This document shows positions 38,666-50,912 of a stretch of DNA of 64,000 nt, piece after piece. Each line of letters opens with the position of its first letter. The stretch's first letter is position 1. The position numbers and the translations under genes are program-made. The notes under the pieces are model-generated. The model searched no databases. It was not told the DNA's origin and saw nothing but the letters and a program-made list of their open reading frames with translations. This DNA comes from Felis catus (lineage: Eukaryota), in NCBI RefSeq assembly GCF_018350175.1, contig NC_058382.1, forward strand, positions 60,328,001 to 60,392,000. The letters are read 5' to 3'.

Positions 38666-38875
38666 CAGGAGACCATTGACACTGGGGAACTGCTGACATT
38701 TGGGGCCAGGTTCCTCTCTCTTGTGAGGCCCTCCCGTACATCGTAGGAGGTCTAGTGGCCTCTGTGGCCTCCGCCCGGTAGATGCCGTGGCAGCCTTATA
38801 GCTGGCCCAACAATGTCCCCAGATGTTGCCAAATGTCCCCTGGGGGGCGTAGTCGCCCCCAGTTGAACCTTGCTG
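38666..38875 (-). mobile_element. MER20 hAT-Charlie DNA transposon
   Basis: ctgacatttggggccagg...aatgtccccagatgttgccaaatgtcccctggggggcgtagtcgcccccagttgaacc. Confidence 0.85.
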
Positions 38876-39185
38876 GGTTATATATACAAAGTAGGTGGGC
38901 CGGGAGGGTCGGGGCCGGAGCTTAGGGCCTGTCCAGGTTGCGAGCGGGAGGGCTAAGCTCCCAGCTCTGTGGGACCGAGGCCCCGGGCAGGAGAGGCACG
39001 TTCTGAACCTCCCTGGGAAGGAGGAAGTGTAGAGACCCACCTCCTAGGCCGTCAGGTTCACACGCTGAGCACCTGGCCCAGGTGGGCAGAGCCGACCCGC
39101 TCTCCACACTGTGGTCAAGGGTGCAGTGCTAAGTGAGGTCTCTCCTGTCACACCCCAGGGGTGCTCCGGTGCGCCACAGGCTGGA

Positions 39186-39188
<3 letters not shown>

Positions 39189-39236
<48 letters not shown>
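39189..39236 (+). repeat. (AC)24 microsatellite
   Basis: perfect dinucleotide run. Confidence 0.98.
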
Positions 39237-39238
<2 letters not shown>

Positions 39239-40720
39239 TGGGCTCCCTAAGAAGCAAGAAGAGACCCAGTGGGAAGGGTGAGGAAGCAAGCTCCATCTGG
39301 GAACTCTGTCTGAGCCGGGGGACCCTGCACTAGAAACTTTAGGAAACCAACTGGGTTGAAATACCGATGACCTTGGGGGAGGGGGGGTGGCGGTTCTCAG
39401 CCCCTTCCTGTGCCGATTTCCATGGCGAGGGAGATCCCAGGACCCAGAGGCCCGGGACGACGCCCCGGAAATGTGAGCTGGGGCTTGGGTTTTCTGAGCG
39501 CCGGGCAGGACCGGGCGGCAGGGCCGCGCACTCTCTTACCCCTCGTTCAGTTCAGGGTTTCAAGACCACTGACAGGGATTTCTGGAAGCTCCTTCAGACG
39601 CGGTCACAAACAGCCACGGGAAAATTGACTTTGCTGTGCAGCCCGTTTTAGCTTACTGTAAATTGTACGTGGACAGCTAAGGGCCCCACCAACTGCTGCA
39701 GACCGCAGGTGGGGCCAGGGGCCAGACCGTTCACTCCTTCCCAAGCCAGTGAGCGGGACTCTGGGCCAAAGGCCCTGTGTGTCACCTATACCTTGCTTTA
39801 CATGATAAAGGTGTTCCTAAGGGGGTGTGAAATTTGAACTTGGGTAAGTTAAAGCAAGCTTGCAGGCTCTCAGGGGGACATTGTTCAAAGGACCAATTCT
39901 CAAAGTATGCCTTTCTACAAAGTGAAGACCCCACCCCCCACCCCAACACAATTTCACTTCTCGGAGGCTCTGTGAGTCCCTGCCCTGGGGCTGTCTCAAG
40001 TGGAGGAAGGAGGGCGGCCCCTGTCCGTGGTCGCCTCCAGGGCCTTGCAGGGGACCCCCGCGGGCACACCGGGGACCAGCCGGTGTCCCGCGCCCTGGGC
40101 CGTGTGGCCTGGGGTGGGTGCCTTTGCCTTCTCTGGACCTGGATGCCCTCATCTGTGAAGGACACCGCTGAACAGATGGCACGTGAGGGCCCTCCCGCTC
40201 GAGGGCCCGCGCGGCTCCAGCTCCCACCATCTGCGTTCCAGAATCCACCAGGCCTGAGGCTGGGCCAGGGCACCCAAAGTGAGGGCACTGAGGATTCAGG
40301 GAACCTCAACCCCCACCTTTGAGGCCTGAGCACCTCCTCCCAGGGTGCCTTCCAGGTGCCAACCTGGAGGACTTCAGAAGGTCTCCAGGCAGGTGGCAGG
40401 TGGCATGACCATCCCCCCCCCCCCCATCCTCCCTGCAGAAGCGGAAGGGGCAAGTATGTGAGGTGTCCGAACCTGTGCAGACAGGAGGCCGGGAGGGGGT
40501 GGGGGTGGAGGAGCCACCGGAAACCACACGGACAGACTTAGGCCCCCGGTTTTGAAAATAGTGCGGAGTGCGTCGGGCGCCTCCGAGCGGCTCAGCGCTG
40601 CCAGGCCGGGGTGGGCTGGCGAGGGGCGCGGGCCCGGGCTTGGTGGCTCCATACCTTTCCCATCAGGGACCCCGATCGCCAGAGCGCGTCCCGTGAAACA
40701 GACACCTAGGAAGAGTGCTG

Positions 40721-40730
40721 CTAAAAATAG
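40721..40730. promoter_or_regulatory. MEF2 consensus site
   Basis: ctaaaaatag matches CTA(A/T)4TAG exactly; an isolated AT-rich word in the CpG island. Confidence 0.55.
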
Positions 40731-40959
40731 CTGGGGGGGTGGTGGGGGGTGGGGGGGGGGGGGACGCAGGGTTTGAAGTTTGTAACCGAAGCCGGCTGTG
40801 CCTGGGGGCCGACCGCGCGCGCTGCCCAGGGCTGGGCGGAGGGCCCCCCGGAGCACCCAGCCGCTGCCGGGAGCTTGTTCGCGAGGATTGGCCCCGCGCG
40901 CGCGGCCCGACCTGGGAAGCGGGTGGAGGCCGCTCCCCTCCTCTCCCCACCCCGCCCGC

Positions 40960-41163
40960 AGGGGCAGAGCGCGGCGCAGCAGCGGCGGCGGCGGGGCGGC
41001 TCGGTGCCCGGCGGGCGGGCGGCCCGTCTGCGCGGCCCGGGCGGCCTGCGGTCGGGATGAGGACTGCCCTCCGCGCCCAGAGCGCCGGGGCCGCCGCGGC
41101 CGTGCCGGGAGCTCGATCGTGTCCGCCAGCGCGGCGAACGGAGCGGGGCCCTCGGAGCGGGAG
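40960..41163 (+). other. putative first exon (start approximate), with ATG at 41057 and donor GAG|GTGAGT
   Basis: GC-rich leader gcagcagcggcggcggcgggg, then gggATGagg; consensus 5' splice site at 41164. Confidence 0.65.
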
Positions 41164-44100
41164 GTGAGTGTGGCCGCGCGGCGCCTGGGCAGTGCGCGGG
41201 GACCGGGGGTTTGCGCGGCGGGTCACCTGGCCGCCCGCGACCCGCCACGTCCCGGGCGCCCTCGGCGGCGCGCTCCGGCGGGGCCGGGCGACCCTCCCCG
41301 CGGGCCCCCCGACCCCGCTCGCCCGGCCCGGGACGCGCCGCGCCGCGAACGCCAGGGCGCGCCGGGGGCTCGGCGGGGGCCGCGGCGCTTCGAGGCCGGC
41401 CTCCGCCCTGCCCGGCGCCGCTCGCGGAGCCCGGGCCGGCCCCGCGGGGCACTTCGCAAAGTGCAGCCCGGCGCCCGCCGCTGCGTGCCCGCCGGGGCCG
41501 CAGAGCGGGGCCTCCGGAAAGCCGGGCCTCCGGGGAGCGGGGCCGGGGCGGGGGCGCGCGCGCGGCCGCGGGCCGGCTCATTCATTGCGGGCCGGAGCGG
41601 CTGCCCCCACCCCCACCCCCACCCCCACCCCCGGAGCCCGGCCGCCGCCTCCTCCGGGCTGCCCCCGGGGCGTGCCGCCCCCGCGCTCGGCCGGGCGCGA
41701 GCCGGCCAGGGCGCCAGCGGGGGCAGCGCGCGGGCCCGGGCGGGTCTTTCGGGCGCCCGGGGCTCCCCGCCGCCGCGCTCTTGCGGGGAGGCCACGCGGC
41801 GCCCACACCCGGCCCGCGCCCCTGGCCGGCCGGGCGCGCCTAGGGAGTCGGGGCCGGAGGGACCCGTGGGGACGCGGCGCCGCGCGGCGGCGGCCGGAAG
41901 GGAAGGCCAGCCGGGGCTCGCGGGGACTTCCCGCGGTCACCCAGACCCTGCCCCCGCACCCTGGGCCACGGAGGCAGCGGGGTCGGAGGGACAGACGGGG
42001 CTTCGCTTGGGCTGGCCTCCTGCGCTCTGGCGGTGGCTGAGGCCCTTAACTCCTTGCAGACCGCTCTTCGGCCGCTGGCTCGGGACCGGGTAGGGACTGT
42101 GCCACGTGTTACTGTGTGGAAGGCTCCTATCGTGATCGGTGGTACCCCTAGTGTCGGTGAGGAAACCGAGGATCAGAGAGGTTAGGTAACCGGGCCGATG
42201 CCGCACAGCCAGAGAGCGGCAGGGGCTGGTGCCTCTCGCCGTGCCCTCACTACTGCCTGTTGGTTGAGCAAATGCAGACGGAACCCTCTCTGTGCCCCAC
42301 GCCACCCCAGGAGCCCCCAACCCAGCAAGCCCCTGCCTCCCCGATAACAAACCAGACAAGCAGGTAAAATGCCAGCTTGGTATCAGACTGGGGCGGGGGA
42401 GGGGGGCAGCTGGCGGGAAGCTGGGACAGATTACAGTCTTAGGAAGGAAGGGGGGCCAGGGCAGCCCCTGAGGTGCCCAGGAAGGAGGGCGTGCCCTCGT
42501 GTGCCATGTGCCCGGCCTGGCAGCTTCCAGAAGCACAGGGCAGAGCTTGTCGAGAGCCTCACCCGGGGAGGAGTGTGTGAGGCAGAAAGGAGGCTGGGGC
42601 ACCTCGAGGGGAGCGCGCGGCCCCCACAGCATCTGGGTTGGGGGGGGGGGCGGAGGCACCGTCGAAGGGTGAGTGGCCCCTCTGCCTATAGCCTGGGCTG
42701 GCTGCAGCCAGGGCCAGCGTGGGAGCCGGCAAGTCCCAGGAGTTCAGGGTCAAAGACAACTTAGAGATCAACTTAGAGACAACTCCCTCATCACTGCCCC
42801 AGTTTCCCCCAGACCCTGCCTCCAGGTTACTGCCTCTGCTTGAATGCCCCCATCGACGGGGACCTCACTGCCTGTCACAGCCACCCATCCCATGGTCCCA
42901 CCCCTACAATGTGCCGGAGGTTATGAGAAGGCTGTGCTGCAGATTGAGGGAAAAGCCTCCTACCTGTGGTTTCTGTCGACTCCGGTCCTGTCATCCTGAG
43001 GAGCACACGGCACATCAGGTTAAGTCTTACACACGGTTGCCTCTGGAGAATGTTAATAGAGAGATTATGTCCCCTTGAAGCCTAATCGTGTCGGGTCCTG
43101 CGCCTTTTCTGACTTGACATTCCGGGTCAGGCATCATCCTGGCTCCCTCCCTGGGAGAAAGTCAGCGGGTCTCCTCCCCGACTTCACGTCCGCTCAACAC
43201 CGGGGTGGCCTGGAAGCAGAGACCTGTTCCCACCTCCTTTCTTCTGGAACCCCGCCACCATTGATGGTGCCAAAGAGACATCAGTTCACACTGTGGATTC
43301 CTCCGGAGCCCGGAGACTTCCTAGCCAAGCCCCACCCCCACCTTCCTCCTGGCTTTGACTCTTACTGAGATTCGGTTACCCGTCTGCTTTCTCTCCAAGA
43401 TGAGGGGCTCAGAGTTCAGGGGAGGTGGTGCAGTGGGGAAGGGTGCAGACTCCAGAAGTAGCTGCCCGGGGCTGTGTGGGCAAGCCCCCAGCGTCCCTGA
43501 GCTCGACGTCTCCATCAAGAGAGTGGGGAGACCTGCCCGGGCCCAGGGGCGGGCCGAGGTACCGGGCACCCACAGCACGGGCCTGACACGCTGCGAGCAC
43601 AGCAGATGCTACCTCTGGTGGCTCCCCCCCCCCCCCCCGCCATGCGGCCGGGGAGACCCGCGGGGCCCGTGGGAAGGACCCTGCAGGCGCAGCCGGGGCC
43701 CTGCCGGGGACTCCTTCCCCACTTCTCCCCGGCCCACCCCAGCCGGCTGGCCCACCTCCACTTTGGTTCATTGTACATGGGTGCAGAAGGGACGAGACCG
43801 AGAAGGGTGTGACCAGCTCCCCGTCCCACCGCTGCCGACAGCTAAAGCTGGAAACCTGCATTCCAGGCTGGCCGCCGTCCCACCCCGTTCTCCCTGACCG
43901 CAGTCCCCGGGGCCCGTTCTCGGGACGCTGCTCCCCCTTTCCACCTCCTGCCTGTGACCTCACCCCCCGCCCCCCCCGCCGGACACCCAGCATATCCTGT
44001 CTCCCTTCTCCACCTGCCAGCCGCCTCCTGGCCATGGCGTGTGGTCCCCTGCCCCGTCAGAACTGCCCTCTGCTCCGCCCTCAACCCTTCCGGCATCCCA

Positions 44101-46044
44101 CCCTTCGTCGGGGGTGGGCAGTCACATGTCCGCCTTTCAAAGCCCTGTCCCTGCCGAGCCCGACGGAGGGGCTCTCAGCCCACACTGGCCGGGGGGTCCT
44201 GGGGTCCTGTTGCCAACCTAATTCTCTGATAGAACCCGCTGACTGTGTGTTGGAGGCTGAACGGAGCGTGGTGGAGGATGTAGGTTAGAGACGGACGGCC
44301 TCGCAGGTGCCAAGGTCCTGTTTCTTTGGCCTGTCCCTTGCTGGTTTATCCTCACCGTGTCTCCGTAGCCGTGGCTGGGGTGACAGATACTGTCCTCGGA
44401 GACCGATTGCAATCTTATACTTTAGTCCCGCCGTGAGGTCAGCTGAGGACCCACCGTTTCCCTGGGTAGAAGGAAGAGTGGGCCTGTACAGTTGAGCAGG
44501 TCGTTCACTGCACAGGGACACCCAGCCCATACTCTGCTCAGCAGGCGTCTGCACACTGTGGGGCCGTGTCCACCCAGGGAGCCACCCAAAGGTACCCAGA
44601 GCGGGTGCTCGCTTCGGCAGCACATATACGAAGGTACCCAGAGCGGGAGTGGCGGTCACACTTTAGACCGCTGTCCTTGCTCCTGAGGACGTCACTCGCA
44701 TCCTGTCACGTACGGGCGCGGGAAGCCGCCCCTTCTGGGGGCCAGAGAGGCAGACCTCTATCACCGCTGGCCTAGGCTTCCCTCCTCCCCCGTCGGTGCT
44801 GCCGAGCGTCTGGGACCCTCAGTATTGTGGGTCAACGTCCCTCTCTTGTAGATGCTCCCTTGGCCCGGGCGCATCAGGCCAGCTCTGGGGAGGGCTAGGA
44901 AGCGGGGTGGCAGGCCAGGCAGGGGACCCCCCCGTCCCGCTTCCCAGCCACCGGAGAGTGAGGTCAGCGACTCCATTGGCCGTTTGGGGGCCGTGACCCC
45001 GGCGTCAAGCTATAGGTTTTCTGCTCACTAGTCACCCAGCCCTTGTCGGGATTGAGATGGTCTCTGAGGATGACACCCCTGTTCACACAGATCAAGCTTT
45101 GGGAAGGAGCGTCCCAAATAGAAGCTCCGTGTATGACCATGGGGTGGGGGGTGGGGGGGGGACGGCAGGGCTCGTCTGGGGCCCTGGGCTTTGCTGGCCA
45201 ATCCTGATGGTGGCCCCAGGCCGCCTTGCCACCCTGTTTCCCATCACCCAGTGCTCGAAGCCTCTGGGAGCCGCCGCGGAGCCGTGCCCCCTCCCCCAGG
45301 GCAGCCTCCTCTCGCGGGGGGCCTGGAGGGGGAGCAGCGTGGGTGTGGGGACCCCTCAGAGCCCCCGGCCAGCGCCCGCGCCCTGGCTGCGAGGCCAGGA
45401 CTAGGCAGCGATGCCCCACAGGGGCCGGGTGAGGCCGCCTTCCGGGCACAGCTGGACCCCAGGGACGGCGGCCGGCGCGGGGCGGAGGCCGCGGGGCCGT
45501 GAGGGGGCGCCCCCGACAGCGGCCCCCTCCTCACCCCTCGGGCCCTGCTGCGGGGCGGGCGGGACAGGCCAGGACGGGGACATTCCATCCCTGGCCGCCT
45601 GCTCCCAGCCTGTGTCCTGACTCAGGGCTCCTCACAGGGCCCGTGTCCCAGGCAAACAGGCCAAACAAAATCCACATTCATGAGCGGCCACTGAGGCTTT
45701 CCGACGGCCTGGGTACAGATGCCGCCTGCAGATGCGGCCGCTGCATTTTCCACATTCCTGCAGGGCCGCTGGGCCAAGGTGTCCGTGTGCAAACAGCGCC
45801 CGCCCCCCCGGCCCCCGTGTGGCTGGCCGGGAGCCGCCCCCTGGGGACCCTGCGGAGCGGGGCTTCTCTGGGCTCGTGCTGGGGCGGTGGATGGGGGGGG
45901 GGGTGTTGGTGCCGAGACCCCTGACTGGACGGGGCGGAGGGGGCCCGGGGCCGGGGCCGGGTGCTGGGGGACGTGTCCCCTCGGCAGGGGCGGTGTGCCA
46001 GCTGCTGGTGGGCCATCCCGTGTCCTCGGTCAGCCCCACACGGT

Positions 46045-46545
46045 GGGGACACCTCGCACGGCACCCGGCTCACCCTTTCAAAGGGCAAGTGCTGTGGCTT
46101 TAGTGCCTTCACGAGGCTGTGCAACCACGACCACTGCCTCCTTCTAGAACACTTTCATCCCCCCCGGAAAAAACCGTGCACCCTGCGGCGGTCACCCCCC
46201 GCCCCCGTCGGCCCTGGAAACCATGCTCCACTTTCGGCCTCTCAGGATTTGCCTGCTCAGGACATTTCACATGAATGAAATCACAGTGTTTTTCTTTCTG
46301 CGACCGCCTGACGTTTTCTGGTCGTGACGTCGTCACGGGGCGTCCGCGTTGTGGACGCATCGGTGCCTCGTCCCTTTTTGTGGCTGAGTAATACTCCGCT
46401 GTGCGGCCGGACCCCGTCGCGTGCATCACATCCACCGGCGGCTCTCGGCTGCCGCCGGGGGGCATGTGTGAGCGCGTCTTTGTGGGGCGTGTCTCTGTAC
46501 TTCTCCAGGACGGGGTCCGGGAGCGGGACCCTGGGGTCCGCGGCG
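46045..46545 (-). mobile_element. L1MB-like 3' end, strongly GC-shifted
   Basis: gctgtgcaaccacgaccact...tctagaacactttcatc...ggatttgcctgctcaggacatttcacatgaatgaaatcaca...tttttgtggctgagtaatactccgctgtg. Confidence 0.85.
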
Positions 46546-48439
46546 GCACACAGAAGGGGAAGTCGAGGCAGAGAGAGTGGCAGTCACAGCCTCAGGGACT
46601 GTCCTGCGGGACACTCTGCCCTCTGGCCCCTGCCCCAGCCTGAGGCTTCTCCTGGGCACCCGCTGTCCACACACGTTTCCCGTTCTCTTCCTCACAGCGC
46701 CCCTGGAGGGAAGGGCCCAGACCCTCAGGGAGGGACCTGCTACAGTGCCGGAAACTTCTACCGCTCTTCCTTCTCCCAGCCTTCCCCGCACACTGCAGAG
46801 AGGGAATAATTGCATAATTATGGGGCACTGACCCCAGGAGACCCAAACATCACTCACCGAGGTCTGGTGATCAACGGGCTTTAGCTCTGGCCTGCCCCAA
46901 CCCGGACCCAGGGACCCCCGAGCCTGTCTTGTGGCTCTTTTCAGAGTTCCAGAATGCACGATCAGAATGGACATACCCAGTAAGTACCAGAATCCACCAC
47001 TCTTACCCCAGAGAGGTGAAGACATCTGCCCGAAACCCACCCAGCAGGGAGCTGTCAGAGGCCAGGCCACCTCACCTGACGCCGGGCACACAGGGCAAGG
47101 GGCGCCGCCTTCCCCGGCTCTCGCGGGCAACGGCTGACAGGCGCTCCGGGGCACCTCCAGGCTGGCCCTTGCTGAGCGGTATCTCGCAGGGACACAACGG
47201 CAGCAGGGTCAGGGGTGCCGGGGGCTCGGCGTCCCCCTGGGCCGTCTGACTTCTCCTCAGCCGTACGTAACTGGTGCTCAGAGTCCCCCCAGGACAACCA
47301 CAGTGCTGGGCGCCCTCTGTGCGTCCCGCATGTATCTAGCGGCCACCGGCACACGGCCGCTCGGGGGCCAGGCTGTGCTCCGGTGCCCCCCACCCCCACT
47401 GCGACAGTTCACAGTCTGGCCGGGGCCGTCGGGGACGCGGGCAGCGGCTTTGCGCTTAGCACCCGGAGGAAAGTCAGCAGGTGCCTGACGGGGGCCTCTG
47501 GTGGATGAGACACAGGAAGTGGGGGGCCACCGACTCTAGAAAGAGGAGGGCAGGACCGAGGGGGGCCGGCCCCACTTTGGGAGAGAGCCCTCCAGCCACC
47601 GCTCTGACAGGGCTCCCATACCACAGCACAAGTCCGTGGCCCCTTTGCCCCAGGCCACGAGGGGCCCGTGAGGGGGCAGCCGAGGAGAGGAAGACACCCC
47701 CGCGGGGTCCTTGGCCAGCTCTGGGACAGTCACCACCACCCCCCACTCAACACGCGTGCATCGGGGGTGTGAGCCTGCACCTGTGTGCACACGTGTGTGC
47801 CTGCGCGTTCACGTGTGAGTGTGCCGTGAGCACGTGCGTGTGCGTGCGTGAGAGCGTCACTCTGTCTGAGAGCGGGCACGTCTGCAGTTCTGCGCGAGCC
47901 AGGGACCAAGGTGCACGGGCAGTTTTGAAAGCGATGGGAGCCGCATTTAAGGACGTAAAGCCAACGGCCACAGTTCGTTTCCTGTAACACGTGACACCCG
48001 AAATCGCATCATCGCGGCGCTCAGTGTAAAACCAAGGCAGAGTCCCGTGCGTGTTTTAGGTCTAATCGGAGTCTTCGCTCCGACCAGCCCCTCACGGCTC
48101 TCAGTGTGCCTGTGGCCGCCGCGCACCTCGGCGTCCGGGTGTCCCTCAACCGCGGAGCCCCTGGATGCCCATCCCCCCACACCTCTTCCCCCACGGCCTC
48201 CGGGAAGCCCCTCCAGACTTCTGTTCCTTCTCTGAGCCTCGGTTTCTCAGACTGGGGTCAGTGGCCCCAGATCAGACACCCGGCCTCGCCCAGCTGCGCG
48301 ATGGGGTGGCCCTGGGACCTGCCTCTTAACAAGCTCCCCTGGAAACCGCGCCCACGTGCGGTTCAGGACCCGCTGAAACTCTCACCTTTTCTTCCCTGGA
48401 TGCCGTGTTCCTGACACCCGGGGTGGCACCACGCCCCTT

Positions 48440-48714
48440 GCTCACCGCCAAACCGTGGCACCGTGCTATTTTTCCCTCCTCGTGATGTCCAGAAAACTCC
48501 TATCCATCCTTCAAAACCCGCCTCCTCTCTGAGAAGGTCCCCCCCCCCCCCGCGAGGCGGCACGAGTCCCCTTCCCTCCTTCCTCCCTTCTAAATCCACC
48601 CTGTGTGTGCCGGTCCCACGTCTCAAGTCCCCGGGGTGCCTCTCCTCTCTGAGCGCCTGGAGCCCGGCCAGGCCCAGGCACGGAGCAGCCTCGGAGCGTA
48701 GATGTGGAATGAAT
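48440..48714 (+). mobile_element. L2 3' fragment
   Basis: aactcctatccatccttcaaaacc...cctcctctctgagaagg...cccaggcacggagcagcctc...tgtggaatgaat. Confidence 0.55.
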
Positions 48715-50150
48715 CTGGGCGCGCGTGGGCGGGACGGTCTCTCTGCAATCTCAGTAAACATCTGGCCGCGGGACCTGGCAGGAAGCTGACCTCGCGGGTA
48801 CCACTCGGCTGGCAGCTGTGCCCCATTTATAAATACACGCTAAACGCGGACCGGCCCACGTGCATTCCTGCTCCCCGCCCTGGAGTGCCCTCCCAGCGGA
48901 AGAAAGACAGCCGGCGGCCCTCTGCGCCCGGCCACGGCGGTCACTCCCGGTGAGTGGGAGCGTGCCCGCCGCAGGGTCAGCTCGGGGCCTGCGGAATCCG
49001 ATTGTTATCTGAGCGCGCTCGCCGACGTGCCCGTTGCCGAGGCTGCATTTAGCACTGGGAAAGACTCCCCATCCCGGCAGCGTGCTTTTCTTGGATGTCT
49101 AGGCTGTATTTATGCCGGGCCGGTGCCTGGGGAATAATTAACGTCTCAGAAGCTCCCGGAGGGGCCCGCCGTTGGGCACTGGGCACCTGGGTCTGTGCGC
49201 TTAGGCCTGAGGACCTCCTGTGCCTGGCCCCCCAGAGCAAGTAAAGAGCGAACCCGGACTTTCCCCAGGCTGCTCTGAGCTGAGCCCCACGGGGACCAGG
49301 AGACCCCATCGCGGAGGGGCTGGAGGAGGGGCTCAGGGTGAGGGTCGGCCGGGCAGGTGTGGGCCTTCGTCCCAGCATTTCGCCTCCTCCAGCCTCGGTC
49401 CCCCCACCCGTCCCTGGGCCTCACAAGTCCTGCCTCCCGGGAAGTGCTTTGCCAGCCGTGGGGCAGGACCGCTGTCTGGCAACTGGCCTCGTTCCCGCAG
49501 AAGGCGGCATGGACGCCCCTTGCCCAGCTTTCTGGCCACCGGGCGTCTCAGGCCCGTGCCGTCAGGGACAGTGGCAAGGCCCCCAGGTGTGGGGCAGCCG
49601 TGGGGCCTCGGCAGGAAGGGGCTCGCCGTCTGTTCCCGGCGCCGTCAAGAGAAGCAGGGTGCGAGGTAGCCGGTCGCTTCAGATCCCTCAGTGGCTTCGT
49701 GTGGAAAAGAAAGAGGGGTCGCGAATTTCGTGAAGATTTTCTTTAACCGACGTAACAAAATACCCTCATCCCAACGTGTAGTCTGCGTTTGTGAGAGTTG
49801 TCAGGGGCCCCCAGGGTGGAAGGCCGGGCACGTGCACACGTGCGGGGCGCCACGGCATGGCAAGCACCCGGGGCAGCCCGCAGGACGCCCGGACGCCCCA
49901 CCAGCAGGTGCACCAGCCGGCTCCTGCCCCTCGCTCCCTCGGGCCATGTGGGCATCTCCCCCGCCGGCCGGCGAGCACCTAGAACCAGCCGGGCCTGGTC
50001 GTTTCATGGCCCTGGAAGGCAGGGGACGTGCAGCGGTGTCCACAGAAACTCGGGCCTCAGGATTGTGCGCGGTCATTTGCGTGTGGTCTCTGTCCTCGGG
50101 GTCCCCACAGGCACCTGGCCCATCCCAGAGCGCCCAGACCTCTCAACCTG

Positions 50151-50912
50151 TCCCGTACCCCCTCCCTGCTCCCCTGTGCCCCCCTGACTCCCCTGTGCCC
50201 CCTCCCTGCTCCCCTGAGCCCCCTCCCGACTCCCCTGTGCCATCCCTGACTCGCCTGTCCCCCCTCCCTGCTCCCCTGTGCCCCCTCCTGACTCCCCTGT
50301 GCCCCCTGACTCCCCTGTGCCCTCCCAACTCCCCTGTCCCCCCTCCCTGCTCCCCTGTCCCCCCTCCCTGCTCCCCTGTGCCCCCTCCTGACTCCCCTGT
50401 GCCCCCTCCTGACTCCCCTGTGCCCCCTCCCTGTTCCCCTGTACCCCCTCCCTGCTCCCCCGTGCCCCCTCCCGACTCCCCTGTGCCCCCTGACTCCTCT
50501 GTGCCCTCCCAACTCCCCTATCCCCCCTCCCTGCTCCCCTGTGCCCTCTCCTTGCTCCTCTGTGCCCCCTCCTTGCTCCCCTGTGCCCCCCAACTCCTCT
50601 GTTCCCCCTCCCAGCTCCCCTGAGCCCCCTCCCTGACTCCCCTGTGCCCTCCCAACTCCCCTGTCCCCCCTCCCTGCTCCCCTGTGCCCCCTCCTGACTC
50701 CCCTGTGTCCCCTCCCTGCTCCCCTGTGCCCTCTCCCTGCTCCCCTGTGCCCCCTCCTTGCTCCCCTGTGCCCCCCAACTCCTCTGTTCCCCCTCCCGGC
50801 TCCCCTGTATCCCCTCCAAGCTCCCCAGTACCCCCTCCCGACTCCCCTGTGCTCCCCCCCAACTCCCTGCTCCCCCTTCCTGCTCCCCTGTGCCCCCTCC
50901 TGGCTCCCCTGT
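50151..50912 (+). repeat. C-rich minisatellite, about 17-21 bp unit (ctcccctgtgccccctccctg), roughly 35-40 copies
   Basis: direct reading; it produces the periodic PPCSPV / GHRGAG / AQGSRE ORFs. Confidence 0.97.

Larger units (their letters stand above)
40560..42090 (+). promoter_or_regulatory. CpG island / probable promoter of a + strand gene
   Basis: densest CpG region of the window, repeat-free, GC boxes, short GCG run, and a perfect splice donor inside it. Confidence 0.85.

Noticed and set aside
40721..42093. 431, 290 and 286 aa ORFs across the CpG island
   Set aside because: Low-complexity, multi-frame ORFs that cross the splice donor; typical CpG-island artefacts.
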